64,000 bases of DNA from assembly GCF_018977255.1 (NCBI RefSeq), contig NW_024704742.1, forward strand, positions 94,118,001 to 94,182,000, read 5' to 3'. The notes below the pieces were generated by a model. That model saw only the letters and a program-made list of their open reading frames with translations, was not told where the DNA came from and made no database searches. Positions 12,916-24,945 of the stretch are shown here, piece by piece. Each line of letters begins with the position of its first letter. Within the stretch, counting starts at the first letter, position 1. The DNA comes from Callorhinchus milii. Lineage: Eukaryota. The position numbers were made by a program, and so were the translations under genes.

Positions 12916-14379
12916 ATACTCATCGCAGATGGGGGAGGTTATATAGCTGATATCAGATTCATTCCTCTCCCCATTCAGTAAACCGTTCTACTGGCAGTCA
13001 GAATTACCATCCAGTGTTGGATGTAATCAGAGAGACTAAACTTTACAGCATTATTTCAACAGGACTAAAGTTTCATACAACTGCTGAGTGTACTCTAATC
13101 CTATTGCTCTATTTTATACATATAATATCCCCTCCGCCATCCCCCCACACACACACAGATCCACAGACACACATTTACTTTATTCATTGAAATGTGAATC
13201 ATCAGTAGACACTTGAACGAACAATTTAATCAGTAGAACAGTGGTGTTCAATGCCAGCAAAGGACTATCATTAAATTGACAAGAAGATAAAGGTTCGTCA
13301 GGATCAAATGTTTCTAAAATTAGATATTTCTAATAAGGGATTTTGTAATCATTGAAAAAAAAAGTCCCTCTTGTTATGTTAGTAACTCAGCTCAGTGGAT
13401 ACAAGATATTCCCGCCTCCATATTTGCAACAAACAGTGACTGCTCAGCACATCGACAACTGCTCAAAGACATAATCTTACTCCATCAGGACAATGCTATC
13501 AAAACGTCACAATAGAAAATATATTGATTTACTACATTTTGAATGATGAATAGAGATTGGTTTTCATCCTCTGTTGCCTCGGCTCTTATAATTTCACAGA
13601 ACAATAAACTTTACAGCCTAGAAACAGGTCACTCGGCCCATCAAGTCTGCACTGTGCTTTTCTTCACATGAGCCAATTAATATCATCCCACTCTTACCCT
13701 ATACTCTTCAATATGCTTCTCTTTGAAGCAACTATCTAATTCCTTTTAAAATAAATAATGCTTTAGGTCTATGACATCATCTCATCTGCTTGCTGCTTTG
13801 GGACATTGTAATGTGTTATTGGAAGAAGACAGCTATTAAGCCTTTTTTTTAATCTAAGCCTGGAGGCTTCTCCCACAAGATTCCATTAGGTTATTTTTAA
13901 ATTTGCAGGAGAGGTTCAAACCTCCCTCTTTACCAGGAGGTGCAAGCGACTGTATAGTGGGAACAGTACAACAATCTGTCTCTAATTTAGCACTAAAGCG
14001 ATTGCATAGCGCTTTGATCCTGTTCCAGCACACAATTGTGCAATTTTGCTTATTTCAATCCATTGATCATACGTTTGAGAAAACATTTTTAGTTTAATGT
14101 TTCCTTTCATAGAACAAATGCAGACATTTGTAGTTGTGCACAGCTTTTTAAGAGAGACAAATTAAAACAAGATGTTACAAGTCTGACAGCTGGATAATAA
14201 AAGACATAAGAGGCCAGTTACTGAAATCTATGAAGGCCCCAAACCGAAGGTCTTTGCCTCTTCTTAAATCATGATTTTAATTCATCGAGGACATTTTATT
14301 TTGAGAAGTTAGTACTAAATTTCCCTTCAAATGTACATTGCTGCATTCTCCCTAATAAGAAAGGAAATCTATTGTGTCC

Positions 14380-15522
14380 AAACTATAATCCTACAATCCT
14401 TACTTCTGTACTTTCTAAACTTACACCTACTCAACCAACCGCCTCCATTTCATCTCAGCAAATGGTTTCTCCTCCCGCCCGGTCACCTATGGGGTACCAC
14501 AGGGCTCCATCCTTGGCCCTCTTCTTTTCCTCATCTATATGCTTCCTCTTGATGATGTCATCCGCAGACACGGGTAAACATCCACATTTATGCGGATGAC
14601 ACACAAATCTACTTTGCCTTCTCCAGTACCAACTCTGGGTCCACCAATGTTCTATCAGCTTGTCTGGCAGACATCAGGGCCTGGAGGATGTAAACTTCCT
14701 GTAGCTGAATGTGGACAAGATGGAAGCCATACTCCTTGGCTCCCGTCAACATCTTCACTTCTGCGGATCTGAATTCCTCAACGTCCCTGGGCTCTCCCTC
14801 AGACTCACCAAACCAGTGCGCAACCTAGGCATCCGGTTCAACCCCCAGCTGTCCTTCCTCCCCCACATCCGGTCCCTGCCCAGGACTGCTTTCTCCCACC
14901 TCCGCCACATTGCCTCTGACCGTACCTTACCCCAAATGAAGCCGAAATCACCATGCATGCGTTTGTCACTTCTCGCCTGGATTACTCCAATGCACTCCTC
15001 GTCGGTCTCCCCAGCTCCATCATTCACAAAATCCAGCTCATTCAGAACTCTGCTGCCCACATACTGACCCGAACCAAACACCGTACCCCTATCTCACTAC
15101 TTCTGGCCAGGCTCCACTGGCTCCCCATCACCGAATGGATCGACTTCAAGATCCTCAGTCTCGTGCTCAAATCCATTCACTCTCTGGCACCTCCCTACCT
15201 CTCCAACCTCCTCACTCCCCAATCCACCACCCAGTGCCTCTGCTTGACTGGCACCAGCCTCCTGCTCGTCCTCTCACACCCTCCGCCCCACCATAGTAGG
15301 TCGCGCTTTCAGCCACTATGCCCCAAAACTCTGGAACATTTTCCCTCAATCCCTCTGCCTTGCCTTCTCTCTCCCCTCTTTCAAATCCCGCCTGCAGACT
15401 TTCCTGTTCGATCGTGCTTACGGCCACCTCCCCCCGGCTCGGATTCAGGCTCTGCCACTGTTAAGCGCTCTGAGACGCTACCCTGCGTGGAGGGCGCTAT
15501 ATAAGTGCAAGTTGTTGTTGTT
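14380..15522 (+). mobile_element. L2 LINE 3' fragment (second subfamily)
   Basis: tatgcggatgac (YADD), KMEAILLGS, HAFVTSRLDYSNALL and LHWLPI; (GTT)n tail. Confidence 0.92.
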
Positions 15523-15564
15523 ACAGAAGCTAGCACTAACATACATATTATAACAAAAAACAAT

Positions 15565-16290
15565 TATAATCCTTGCACTTATATAGCACTCTCCACGCAG
15601 GGTAGCGTCTCAGAGCGCTTAACAGTGGCGGGGCCTGATTCCGAGCCGGGGGGGGGGGGGGGGAGAGAGAGACACTTCAGAGGATACATTGTAAAGTGGT
15701 TAACTATGTATTTTGTGGGCGAAACGCAGCAGTCAATTTAACTTAGTGAATTGTTAGCTAAAACATAAGGAGAAATTCCTTTCTCTTTTTGTGCCATGGG
15801 GTCTTTAATGTTCACTTGAACAGGCAGTCTCATTCAGCACCTCTGACAATGTAACACCCCCAGCGCTGCACTGGAATGTCAGTGAAATCCTGTAGCTCAG
15901 TGGTTAGAGCAGTCGCCTCGTAAGTGGAGAGACCTGGGTTTGATTCCCGGTAGGGTTAAAGGCTGGGCAAGTTTCCTTACTCCACACGCCTCTGTTTACC
16001 TAGCAGTAAGTAGGAACACGGTTGTTAGTCGATTGGCAGATCACTTTTCCGGAGATAATAATTCCTCAAAAAAACAATAATAAATGGTCACTTCAATTTA
16101 TGACCGTTTGTGGCACTGGTGTGCGCAATTGGCTGCCACGTTTTGCCCACAAGATTCACTTTACAGTATACTGTGAAGCGCTTTGAGATGTTTTAAAGCC
16201 ACGATAAGGCACTATATCAAATGCAAGGATTATTATTATTAGACTATGTGATTCCAAGGCCCGACATGGTACTTGAACCAACAACCCATT
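15565..16290 (-). mobile_element. Deu-domain SINE with a remodelled tail, interrupted by a younger SINE
   Basis: Deu core at 15770-15883 continues at 16241 (agactatgtgattcc), the same order as the intact copy at ~46370-46440. Confidence 0.65.
15884..16240 (+). mobile_element. tRNA-headed SINE with CORE-like body (long form)
   Basis: A box TAGCTCAGTGG, B box GGTTTGATTCC, gggcaagtttccttac...gcctctgtttacctagcagtaagtagg, L2-like tail with (ATT)n. Confidence 0.88.
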
Positions 16291-16384
16291 ACCTTAACAC
16301 ATCTAGCCCAATATGGGATCACCAGCATGGTCCATCCAGTTATAATCATCTTGTCCATGTTATGCACCTCTGAAACATTAATTG

Positions 16385-16600
16385 TTTGTTCATTATTGCC
16401 TTGGATATCTCCAAATGTTTGACTTCTAAGCTAGTTGCTATAAGATCTTCCACCATAATTGTGCTCATGGCTATCTGGTTTCCTTTTGCACCAATTGTCC
16501 TGCAGTTAATTTTTCATTCTTGGAATTTTCTCCGCCTTCATCAACTCAGGAACGACCACCAAAGATTGTTTTCTTTCTTCTCCACATCAATAACCTCTTA
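16385..16600 (+). mobile_element. Highly decayed non-LTR RT fragment of a different CR1/Jockey-group lineage
   Basis: IIALDISK, LCSWLSGFL, FSAFINSG and FFLLHINNL occur in the expected RT order across frameshifts. Confidence 0.5.
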
Positions 16601-18536
16601 TAGTTGTTATCCAACCCCAGATTTGGTCTTGTGCCACAACCACACACAGAGAGCTTGACACTATCACTTCATGAAAATTAAAAGGCACTGGGGCCCATCA
16701 ACCTAACACACATATATGAACATAAAACCTTGAGATATGGACATTTTAACTGTACTCATTTTACTATGAAGGGGGACATGCTATTCGTTACAATAAGGTT
16801 AGAATTCTGATACGGAAAGAACACTGACAGATTTGTGGTATTCCTATAAAAATGTTCAACAGGCAACTGGATTAGAGCGACAGATAACAACTTTATGCAT
16901 CACTAAAACAGCACTAGATGTCCAAATGCAAAGCAAATGTAAAATATACACAGAAATACACAGACAATAAGACTGGAATATTTCAGTGCTGAATAAGATA
17001 TGCTATTCTATTTAGTTTGACTTTCACAGCCCTGTTACGTCAACATTTTCATTGAAACTGATGCTTCACAGACAATGTAAAAGGAAAAGTAATCTTTTCC
17101 CCTAATAGCAAGCTATCTACTGGAAAAGAATAACTAAATGCAATCAGTCCGGACTGCAGAGGAAGATATGGCCATTAATAACCTCTCCAGTCCCCAAACA
17201 CACACAGGTTTACAAACACGTGGACATGCAGACAATTAGACATTAAGTAAATTTTGCCATGGCACCTTATCCCTTCTCAAAATAATTTATTTAGCAGAGG
17301 TGTAAAAATCATTAATTGACCATTTTCAGTTCTTTTTACAAAAAGAGAAAAATGTGGATCTGATAGCACAACGCACGTTAGCAATGTTCTTTTATAAATA
17401 ATAGTTTTGTTAGGGGTTCTTTCAATTACTCCACCAGCTATTAAAACAACTGTCAGAACAGGTAGATACATGAACACATGAACAGACGAAAACCATTAAG
17501 TCCATTGAGTCTGGAGTTTTATCAGTTTATGGCAACTCTTTCCATTTTTCCTGGCTTTCTTTCTAAGATACTTTGCATTTCATGCATTTCACCTTCTAAC
17601 TCCGTTTTATATGAAAAAATGTTTTCTGCATTGTCTTTAAAAATCACATCCTCTTAGGTTGCTATTTACTTTGTTACCATTCATTGATATGAACCTGCAC
17701 CTAATCCGCTGATTTAGGTAAACTGGGGGCTTCTCTCGAGGGACGTTCCATTCCAGGGTCAGGGAAATATCCATGTGTAGGTGCCCCACATATGTGGAAC
17801 CCTCAGTCTAGTTTGTACAGTCTTAAGCATAGTGATTGGTTTCCCCATACGCTGAACAAACAAAATACTATGAACACTTCAATCAGATCACCCTTCAGCC
17901 ACCTGATCGCCAATGAATGCAACCCAGTTTATTCAGCTCCTCACCACAGTTAAATCCTTTTAACTTTACTTTCAAGAATAAAGGGAAGAAATTCCATCTA
18001 GGTAGAGATTTACTTTTTTTACGTGATAGAGCAAATTCTTGAAATCAGTTTGAACTTTGAAGCTGTTTTTCTATAGTTCTTAAAGGTAGTTACAGAAAAC
18101 CAACTTTAAAATTGAGACTGGCGGCTCTAAAATGCCAAGAAAATACAGTAAATCTACATGCAGATGGAATTTCTCTCCCGGGATCTCCTTGTTTTTGATC
18201 TCTTTACTAAAGGAAAATTTGTTCTTCATCTACTAAAACTATTATTAAAATTATGCCACTACCTGGTTAAACGTGCACCCGGCATCAATGCAATGAGTCA
18301 CACTAAAAGAGTGTAAAATTGAAGTATTCCTAAGTTAATATACAGTACACATCTAGCTAAAAAGTTCAAAATACAATTCAGTGTTTACCTTATCGTGAGG
18401 GCATCAGCTGTACACTGTAAAACATGGACTGAATAGTTGGCTCCAACATGCAATAGTACATCATCTCCTTACCGATTGTTTTGATGACAGGACCATTAAT
18501 CTGATCCATAATGGGCCATTGATTGAATCCTCAAAT

Positions 18537-18663
18537 AGATTCATCAATCCCATTCAATTAATCAGTTACCCTCCAAGATTGTATATCAATGAACAATGCC
18601 CGAGATTCATCAATCCCATTCAATTAATCAACTACTATGCAAGATTATATATCAGTGAACAAT
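18537..18663 (+). repeat. Two-copy tandem duplication, 66-bp period
   Basis: agattcatcaatcccattcaattaatca at 18537 and 18603, both copies ending tgaacaat. Confidence 0.85.
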
Positions 18664-21600
18664 TCCCCCTCCCTACCCCAGGGTAAAAAAAGTACTGAAA
18701 ACAAATCCTTCATACAAATGGCCTTACCTCGATTAGGGATGGTTATGACTAGTAGCCTGTTCCTGCATTAGAACCAAGATCTAGATTTGCAAAAAGTTTA
18801 TCAGCTGATTACATTTGTAATATAGGCTGTCAACAACATTCACGTTGTTTATTTACTGAACTGTAGTCTTCGGTTTCAAATGTGACGTTATCGTGTGTTT
18901 AGCATCTACTTTGTACTATGAAGGTGGGGTGAAATCAGCCGTTACTCCACAAGATGACAGACCCAGTGATTGATTTGGAAGGAAATCTTTTGATTAAAAG
19001 CAGAATGCAACTAACTATGATGGGGCTGAGTGGTAGCTATGAGAAAATAAACACACCACTTTTCCAGACTGGACAGAAAGCATGTATTCACAGTTCTCAT
19101 TTACTGCACTCCAGAGCATTATCATAACTCATGTGACTGAATACCAGTGCCATGTACCTATAAGATTAAACAAGCCCTTTTCAGTAGGTCATGATGTGTA
19201 AATGTTCCCATATTTCAGCTACTTGCTTCATAATTCCCATGTGTCTAGATTTCAGGATACCATTGATGAATAACTGTTATATTCCCTTGAGAACCCTACA
19301 AAGTTGCAGCTATTATGCCTGGAGCTCACCTTAGACTTGGGCCAAATGAGACCAAATATTGTTTTAACTTTGCATTTGAAGTAAGTTTTTGTTTGATGTG
19401 CTGTTATTATTTCCATTGTGCAGGTATATATGTTGGGGAAAAAATGACCACATGGTGAGATGGGAGCACAAAGTGCCATGTATTACATAACACTTTTTTC
19501 ATACAGTAAAAGGAAAAAGCAATATTTGCTGTAACTATATACGAATTACCACATATAAAAGTTCTCTCCTCCAAAAAACACCTCCAACAAAAATTCATCA
19601 ATTCAGAAGACTGTGGGAAGATTTTTAAAATGCAAACACAGTTCTAATGACAGGCACACCCACACATCCACATGCAAATTGTTTGCACATTTTTAGCACG
19701 GATTACATCCAGCGCACTAAGTGGCTTTCCCATCCAAATTACCATATAAAATGCAATTCTCAAGCATGGTAACACATTACTAGTTTGTTAAGAGTGTGTT
19801 TCAATATTGTTTCTTTAAAGTGGTCAATAACTGGGCTCTGTTTCACTGCTCATTTTAAAAACTAATCTTGTGTCTGATGAGAGGAAGTTGGTTTAACATC
19901 TGACTAAGGCTAGTTACCAAGGTCACAACTCAACATTTGCACACACAGAACTATATAAGTGCATCTGCCAACTTGCTTAATACAGAAGAGGGATCAACAG
20001 AAATCCAGCACGCGATTCATTTTTGTTTATATTTAAACAGCAAATGAATGCTCAATAATCTATGGTCCAAGGGGTCTTACCAAGCCTTTGAAGGAAACTG
20101 GATTAAACAGGGAATTAAGAAGTTTTACAAATTTGGTAAAACTGTAAGTATTTTAATCTTGCTGAGATGTCACTTCTTACAAATATGTAAACAGAAAATA
20201 TAGGGTATTCCGATTGTTTCTATTTCAGAAACAGGTTCTAATGAACAGGAAGGAGCACAGGACCTTTAGGAAGATCAGATAGAATATGGAAGTAAAAGGA
20301 AAATCAAAATTAACATAACACAGTGAAAAATACATTATACTACTTCAAGTAACATTCATTTTTTTAAAAAAAAGTTAAGTTGTGATCATAGAAATATTAT
20401 TTTGCTGTATTCAAACCACATGATTTAGCTTTATTATACAAACGGAAATAACAATTTTCTTTTAAATATAAACATGGAAAAGTGATCAGCCAAGGTTTTT
20501 AACAATTCTCTTCAAGGCCAGTATCCAATGTGTTGGATAACAAAACCAAGTAGCAGCAAAAGACCCGAAACATTTAAAATGACAAGTGCATAGCTTTCTT
20601 TTGGCTGATCAATTCCATTCACTCTAAATTCTCCATACTCTAAATCGACTGAAATTATGACGGAAATGCAAGTAACATAATGCATTTAAGAGTATTCTGC
20701 TGTCCAACAAACTGTTGCTGCTACACTCTGCAAACTCACACCTTATTCTTCTATGGAACAATCACAGTTCCCCATAAGTCAAGATGCCAATTTCAACCAC
20801 TCTTTTGGGGAAGCTCCGAAGGAAACCCAAGTTATTCTTTGTAAGAAGGGTTAGAAAAAACTGTAGGACACATTGACTTGCTTAGTCTTGGGCACTTCAC
20901 AACAGTCACTTCAAGAACATTCCTGCCATTGCTGCTAAAAATGTGATGTAGCATGGGAAAAACTAAAAAGGAGAAAAAAAAGTTAAAGAGTCAGGGAAAG
21001 TAAGAGGAAATCCTATTTTTTCTCCTATTGCTAATATGTTTCCCTTGTCCTCCTCTCCTGAAAGGGTTGAGATATCTTTCTCTCCCTTCCTCTTTCATCG
21101 GGCCAATGTTCCTTGGGGGATCAGGCAAAGGTGGGAATTATCACATGTAAGCTTCACAAATAACAGACTATTGCACTCCAGTAAGTATTATCCAATTGTG
21201 CTCTTACCTGATGCCTATATACACACACACACACACACGCACAAAGATTTAGCGATAGCAGTCTGCCACCAGAAATTCCTACCAATTCTGCACTCTCCCT
21301 CTCTATCCTGAGCACAGAGGACAATTGTAGAGTCCCTCCCGTCTGCCACCCCAAACTGAGATTAGATCAGCACAAACCTTACCCGGATTTAGCAGTTCAT
21401 TGAACGTTGGGGGAGCCAAGAAGTGCAGGAAAAGAAAAAAAAACCCTCATCTTTCAGAACAATCTACCTCTCTTTTTCAGAGCTCTCTTGTCTTAAATAC
21501 AAAGCAAAAATATTCAAATTTCAATAGATTGGAAATTGCAAGTAACAAACACTAAAATGATATCCATTAAAAAAAATGACATTCAAGACACAAGCATTTC

Positions 21601-22164
21601 TTGTCCTCATACTTGAGTAGGGGTTAGCTGTTTATCTAAAATGGGCCATCTGACATTAACTGCAAATAGTGAGTCAATTTAACTTGTCTGGCACAAACGT
21701 ACAAAAGTACAAAAATGAAATATGTCTATTCAAGGCTACACTAATTAAGGGTGCAATAGCTAATAGTGTGGATGAATTGATGCATTATAATGTGTGCTAC
21801 CAGCTTACATTTTATCAGTGTAGCTAAATCTATTAAGTCTCATATTTTACAGTACTTTACTATACATAACGATAATAAATCTGAATGTCAACACTAATTC
21901 ATCAATTTCCAGCAGACTCATTTTTTTTTAATTTTTTCCAGTTTTGGAAAGCTTTTCCATTTTACACCTGTAGGAATAAGGCATTTTTTCCGATGTAAAT
22001 ATTAACTCATCAGTAATGTTAACTCCCTTTTGTTTAGTTCTTTCGTTTTAGATTAAATACTGAGTGACTATGGGAAAATGGATTGCAGGAGTTACTGAGC
22101 ACAGCAATGTAAGGAAACTGAATTAACCCTGCACAGCTGAATCTGAAGCAGCCTGGCTCAATTA

Positions 22165-24945
22165 CATAAGAAATGCTAGAAGGAAAAAGACCAAAGTCCA
22201 TCAAGTTCCACCTTCCTGGTGGTCACATGCACATACGTCCCAAACTACCTATGTACTATATCCCATAATATTATTTCCTACAAGTTATCTAATATGTGTT
22301 TGAAAGAATCGACACTTCCTGCTTCAACTGTCTCCCTAGGGAGCCTGTTCCACAGGTTCACTATTCGCTCACTGAAATAGTGTTTGCGTAGATTCGTTCT
22401 GAATTGTCCTCCCTTCAATCGCAGGCCACAATCTAGTTTTACTATTCTGGAAAAGTTGAAACAGCCTGATATGATCTATATTGTTTTGCCCCTTTAGAAT
22501 CTTAAAGGCAGCAATCATATCGCCTCTCAATCTTCTCTTTTCCAGAGTGAACATGTCCGATTTACTTAGTCTCTCCTCATAATCCAGTCCCTCCATTCCC
22601 TCAATCATTTTGGTTGCCCTCCTCTGTATCTTTTAGATTTCTCCAATATCTTTTTTGCACTGCGGCAACCAGAACTGTACACAGTACTCTAACTATGGCC
22701 TCACCAATGATTTATACAGTGGCAGGATTACCCCACTATTTTGGCTTGCTATTGATCTAGCAAGCCAGTCGGGAGGACTTTCCAGCGCCTTGGGATGTCC
22801 TCCCGATGTGAAAGGCACTCTATAAATGTGATTTTGTTGTTGTTGTTTTGATACATCCCAACATCTGGTTTGTTTTACTCACTGCCACAAAGTATTGTTG
22901 AGAGAGCACCAATTTATTGTCAATCAGGAACCCCAAGGGGTTCAGGGGTTCATTTTCCATACATATTATTTTCCTTCCATTCAAATAGTCCCTTCCAGGA
23001 TTTTTTGTCCCCATGTGAAGTACTTTATATTTCTCCACACTGAATTCCATCTGCCACCGATCTGCCCAATTCCCATTATGTTCAAATCCTCCAATAACCG
23101 ATCTTGTTCAGCTTCGCAATCTATCAGCTTCATTACCTTAGTGTCATCTGCAAACTTAGCCAATATGCGTGTGACTTATAGTTTCAGATCATTTATAAAA
23201 ATATTAAACAAAAGAGGTCCCAAAGCAGACCCTTGTGGAACTTCTCATGATTTTCCCAGTCTGATGACATTCCCTGTATCACCACCCTCTGGGTTCTTCC
23301 GGTCAACCAATTGCGTATCCATTGTAATTTTACCTCCACTGATTCCCGCTTTCTTTATTTTCAGCACCAGCCTCTCAAGAAGAACTATATCAAAGGCCTT
23401 ACTGAAATCCAGATATACAACATCCACATCCTCACCCTTATCAAGCTTCCTCGTCACACGTTCAAAGAAAACCAGTAAATTTGATAGGCAAGACCTTCCC
23501 TTCATGAACCCATATTGGCTATTATTTATTATTTTACTTCTGTCCAGATGCTCCATAATTTTATCCTTAATAAGAGTCTCCATAATTTTACCCACAATGG
23601 ACATCAAACTTACTGATCTGTAGTTTCCTGGGTCACTTTTGTTACCTTTCTTAAAAATAGGAGTAACATCTGCCTTTCTCCACTCCCCTGGCACCTCTCC
23701 AGTATTCAGTGATTTTTGAAAGATTTGTGCCAGCATTTCTGTGACTTCCTTCCTTAGTTCCTTAAGGATCCTCAGATGCAATTTATTCTGCCCGAGATTT
23801 ATTTACCTTAAGTTTACACAGCTGTTTGGCAACCATGCTGGTAGTGATATGAATGGGGTCGCAACTTTTCTCTGCGACATCCTTGAGTTCTCTTTCCAGA
23901 TCACATAGGTTACCCATCTCCTCCTTGGTAAAGACTTAGGCAAAAAACGTATTTAGCCTTTCTTTGCCATTCTGAAGCCTTTTTTGCAGTCCTGTCATAC
24001 TTTCTGGTATTTCCATGCCATTTTCCTTGATGGCCTTAAATATTTTTTTTCCTCTTTATGATTTGCTTTGTAACCCCATCCAACCAAGCAGGAGTGCCTT
24101 TAAGCTTGGTACCTTTGCTTTGCATGGGTAGACATTGTTCCATTGCTTTCATAATCACCTCCTTGAAGGAACTCCATAGGTCCTCCACTCCCTTTGCCAT
24201 ATTTAAACCTGCCAGGCCCACTCTGACTAGACTTCTCAAGTGCACAACGTTAGTCCTCTTGAAATTTGGCAGTTTTGTTTGGGTTTTTAGAACCTCACAA
24301 ACTCTTGTAAAGTCAAATGTTACTGCATTGTGGTCGCTGTTATTTAATGCTTCTCCCACATTTATGTTGGAGATTGGTCACCCTGTTGCTCATTATCAAA
24401 TTCAAGACGTTATTGCCCCTTGTTGACTCTTTTACAAACTGGGTCATAACTCTAGAAACCCCTTCCCTATCTTACCAGTAGACACATTAATATCGCAATC
24501 AATTTCAGGCAAGTTAAAATCTCAAACACTATGTCCCTTACTAGTAGCTTTTCTTATCTCATCCCACAGTTTCAGATCAAGGCTTTCACCCTGGCTTGGG
24601 GGTCTATAGCAGAACCCCAGTAATACCTCTGTCACCATCTTTTAATTCTATCCAAAGTGATTCTGTGTCTGCCCTTTCCTTTTTTATATCCTCTCTCACT
24701 TGTGTCTCAATAATGGAGCATATATAGTGCCACATCACCTCCTCTTCTCCTGACACAGTACCCCCTAAACAGTTTATAACCTTCCAGATGCGTATCCCAT
24801 TGATTGGATTCATTCCACCATGTATCTGTTATGCTAATGATGTCCAACGTATCACCCCCTACAAGATCTTCCAGATCATGCATCTTGTTTGTCAGACTTC
24901 TTGCATTAATGCAAGTACAGCTCCATTGTTTTTTTGCCACTCCCA
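22165..24945 (-). mobile_element. Long CR1 LINE ORF2 (endonuclease + RT), decayed; an L2 tail is inserted at ~22765-22848
   Basis: EN: CINARSLTNKMHDLE, DIISITDTWW, SDHNAV; RT: ADVTPIFKKG, YLDFSKAFD, KFADDTK, LEKRRLRGDMI. Confidence 0.95.

Noticed and set aside
18481..18505. C/D box pair TGATGA...CTGA
   Set aside because: Only 13 nt between the boxes, too short for a snoRNA
22895..23623. 242-aa plus-strand ORF
   Set aside because: Antisense shadow of the CR1 RT
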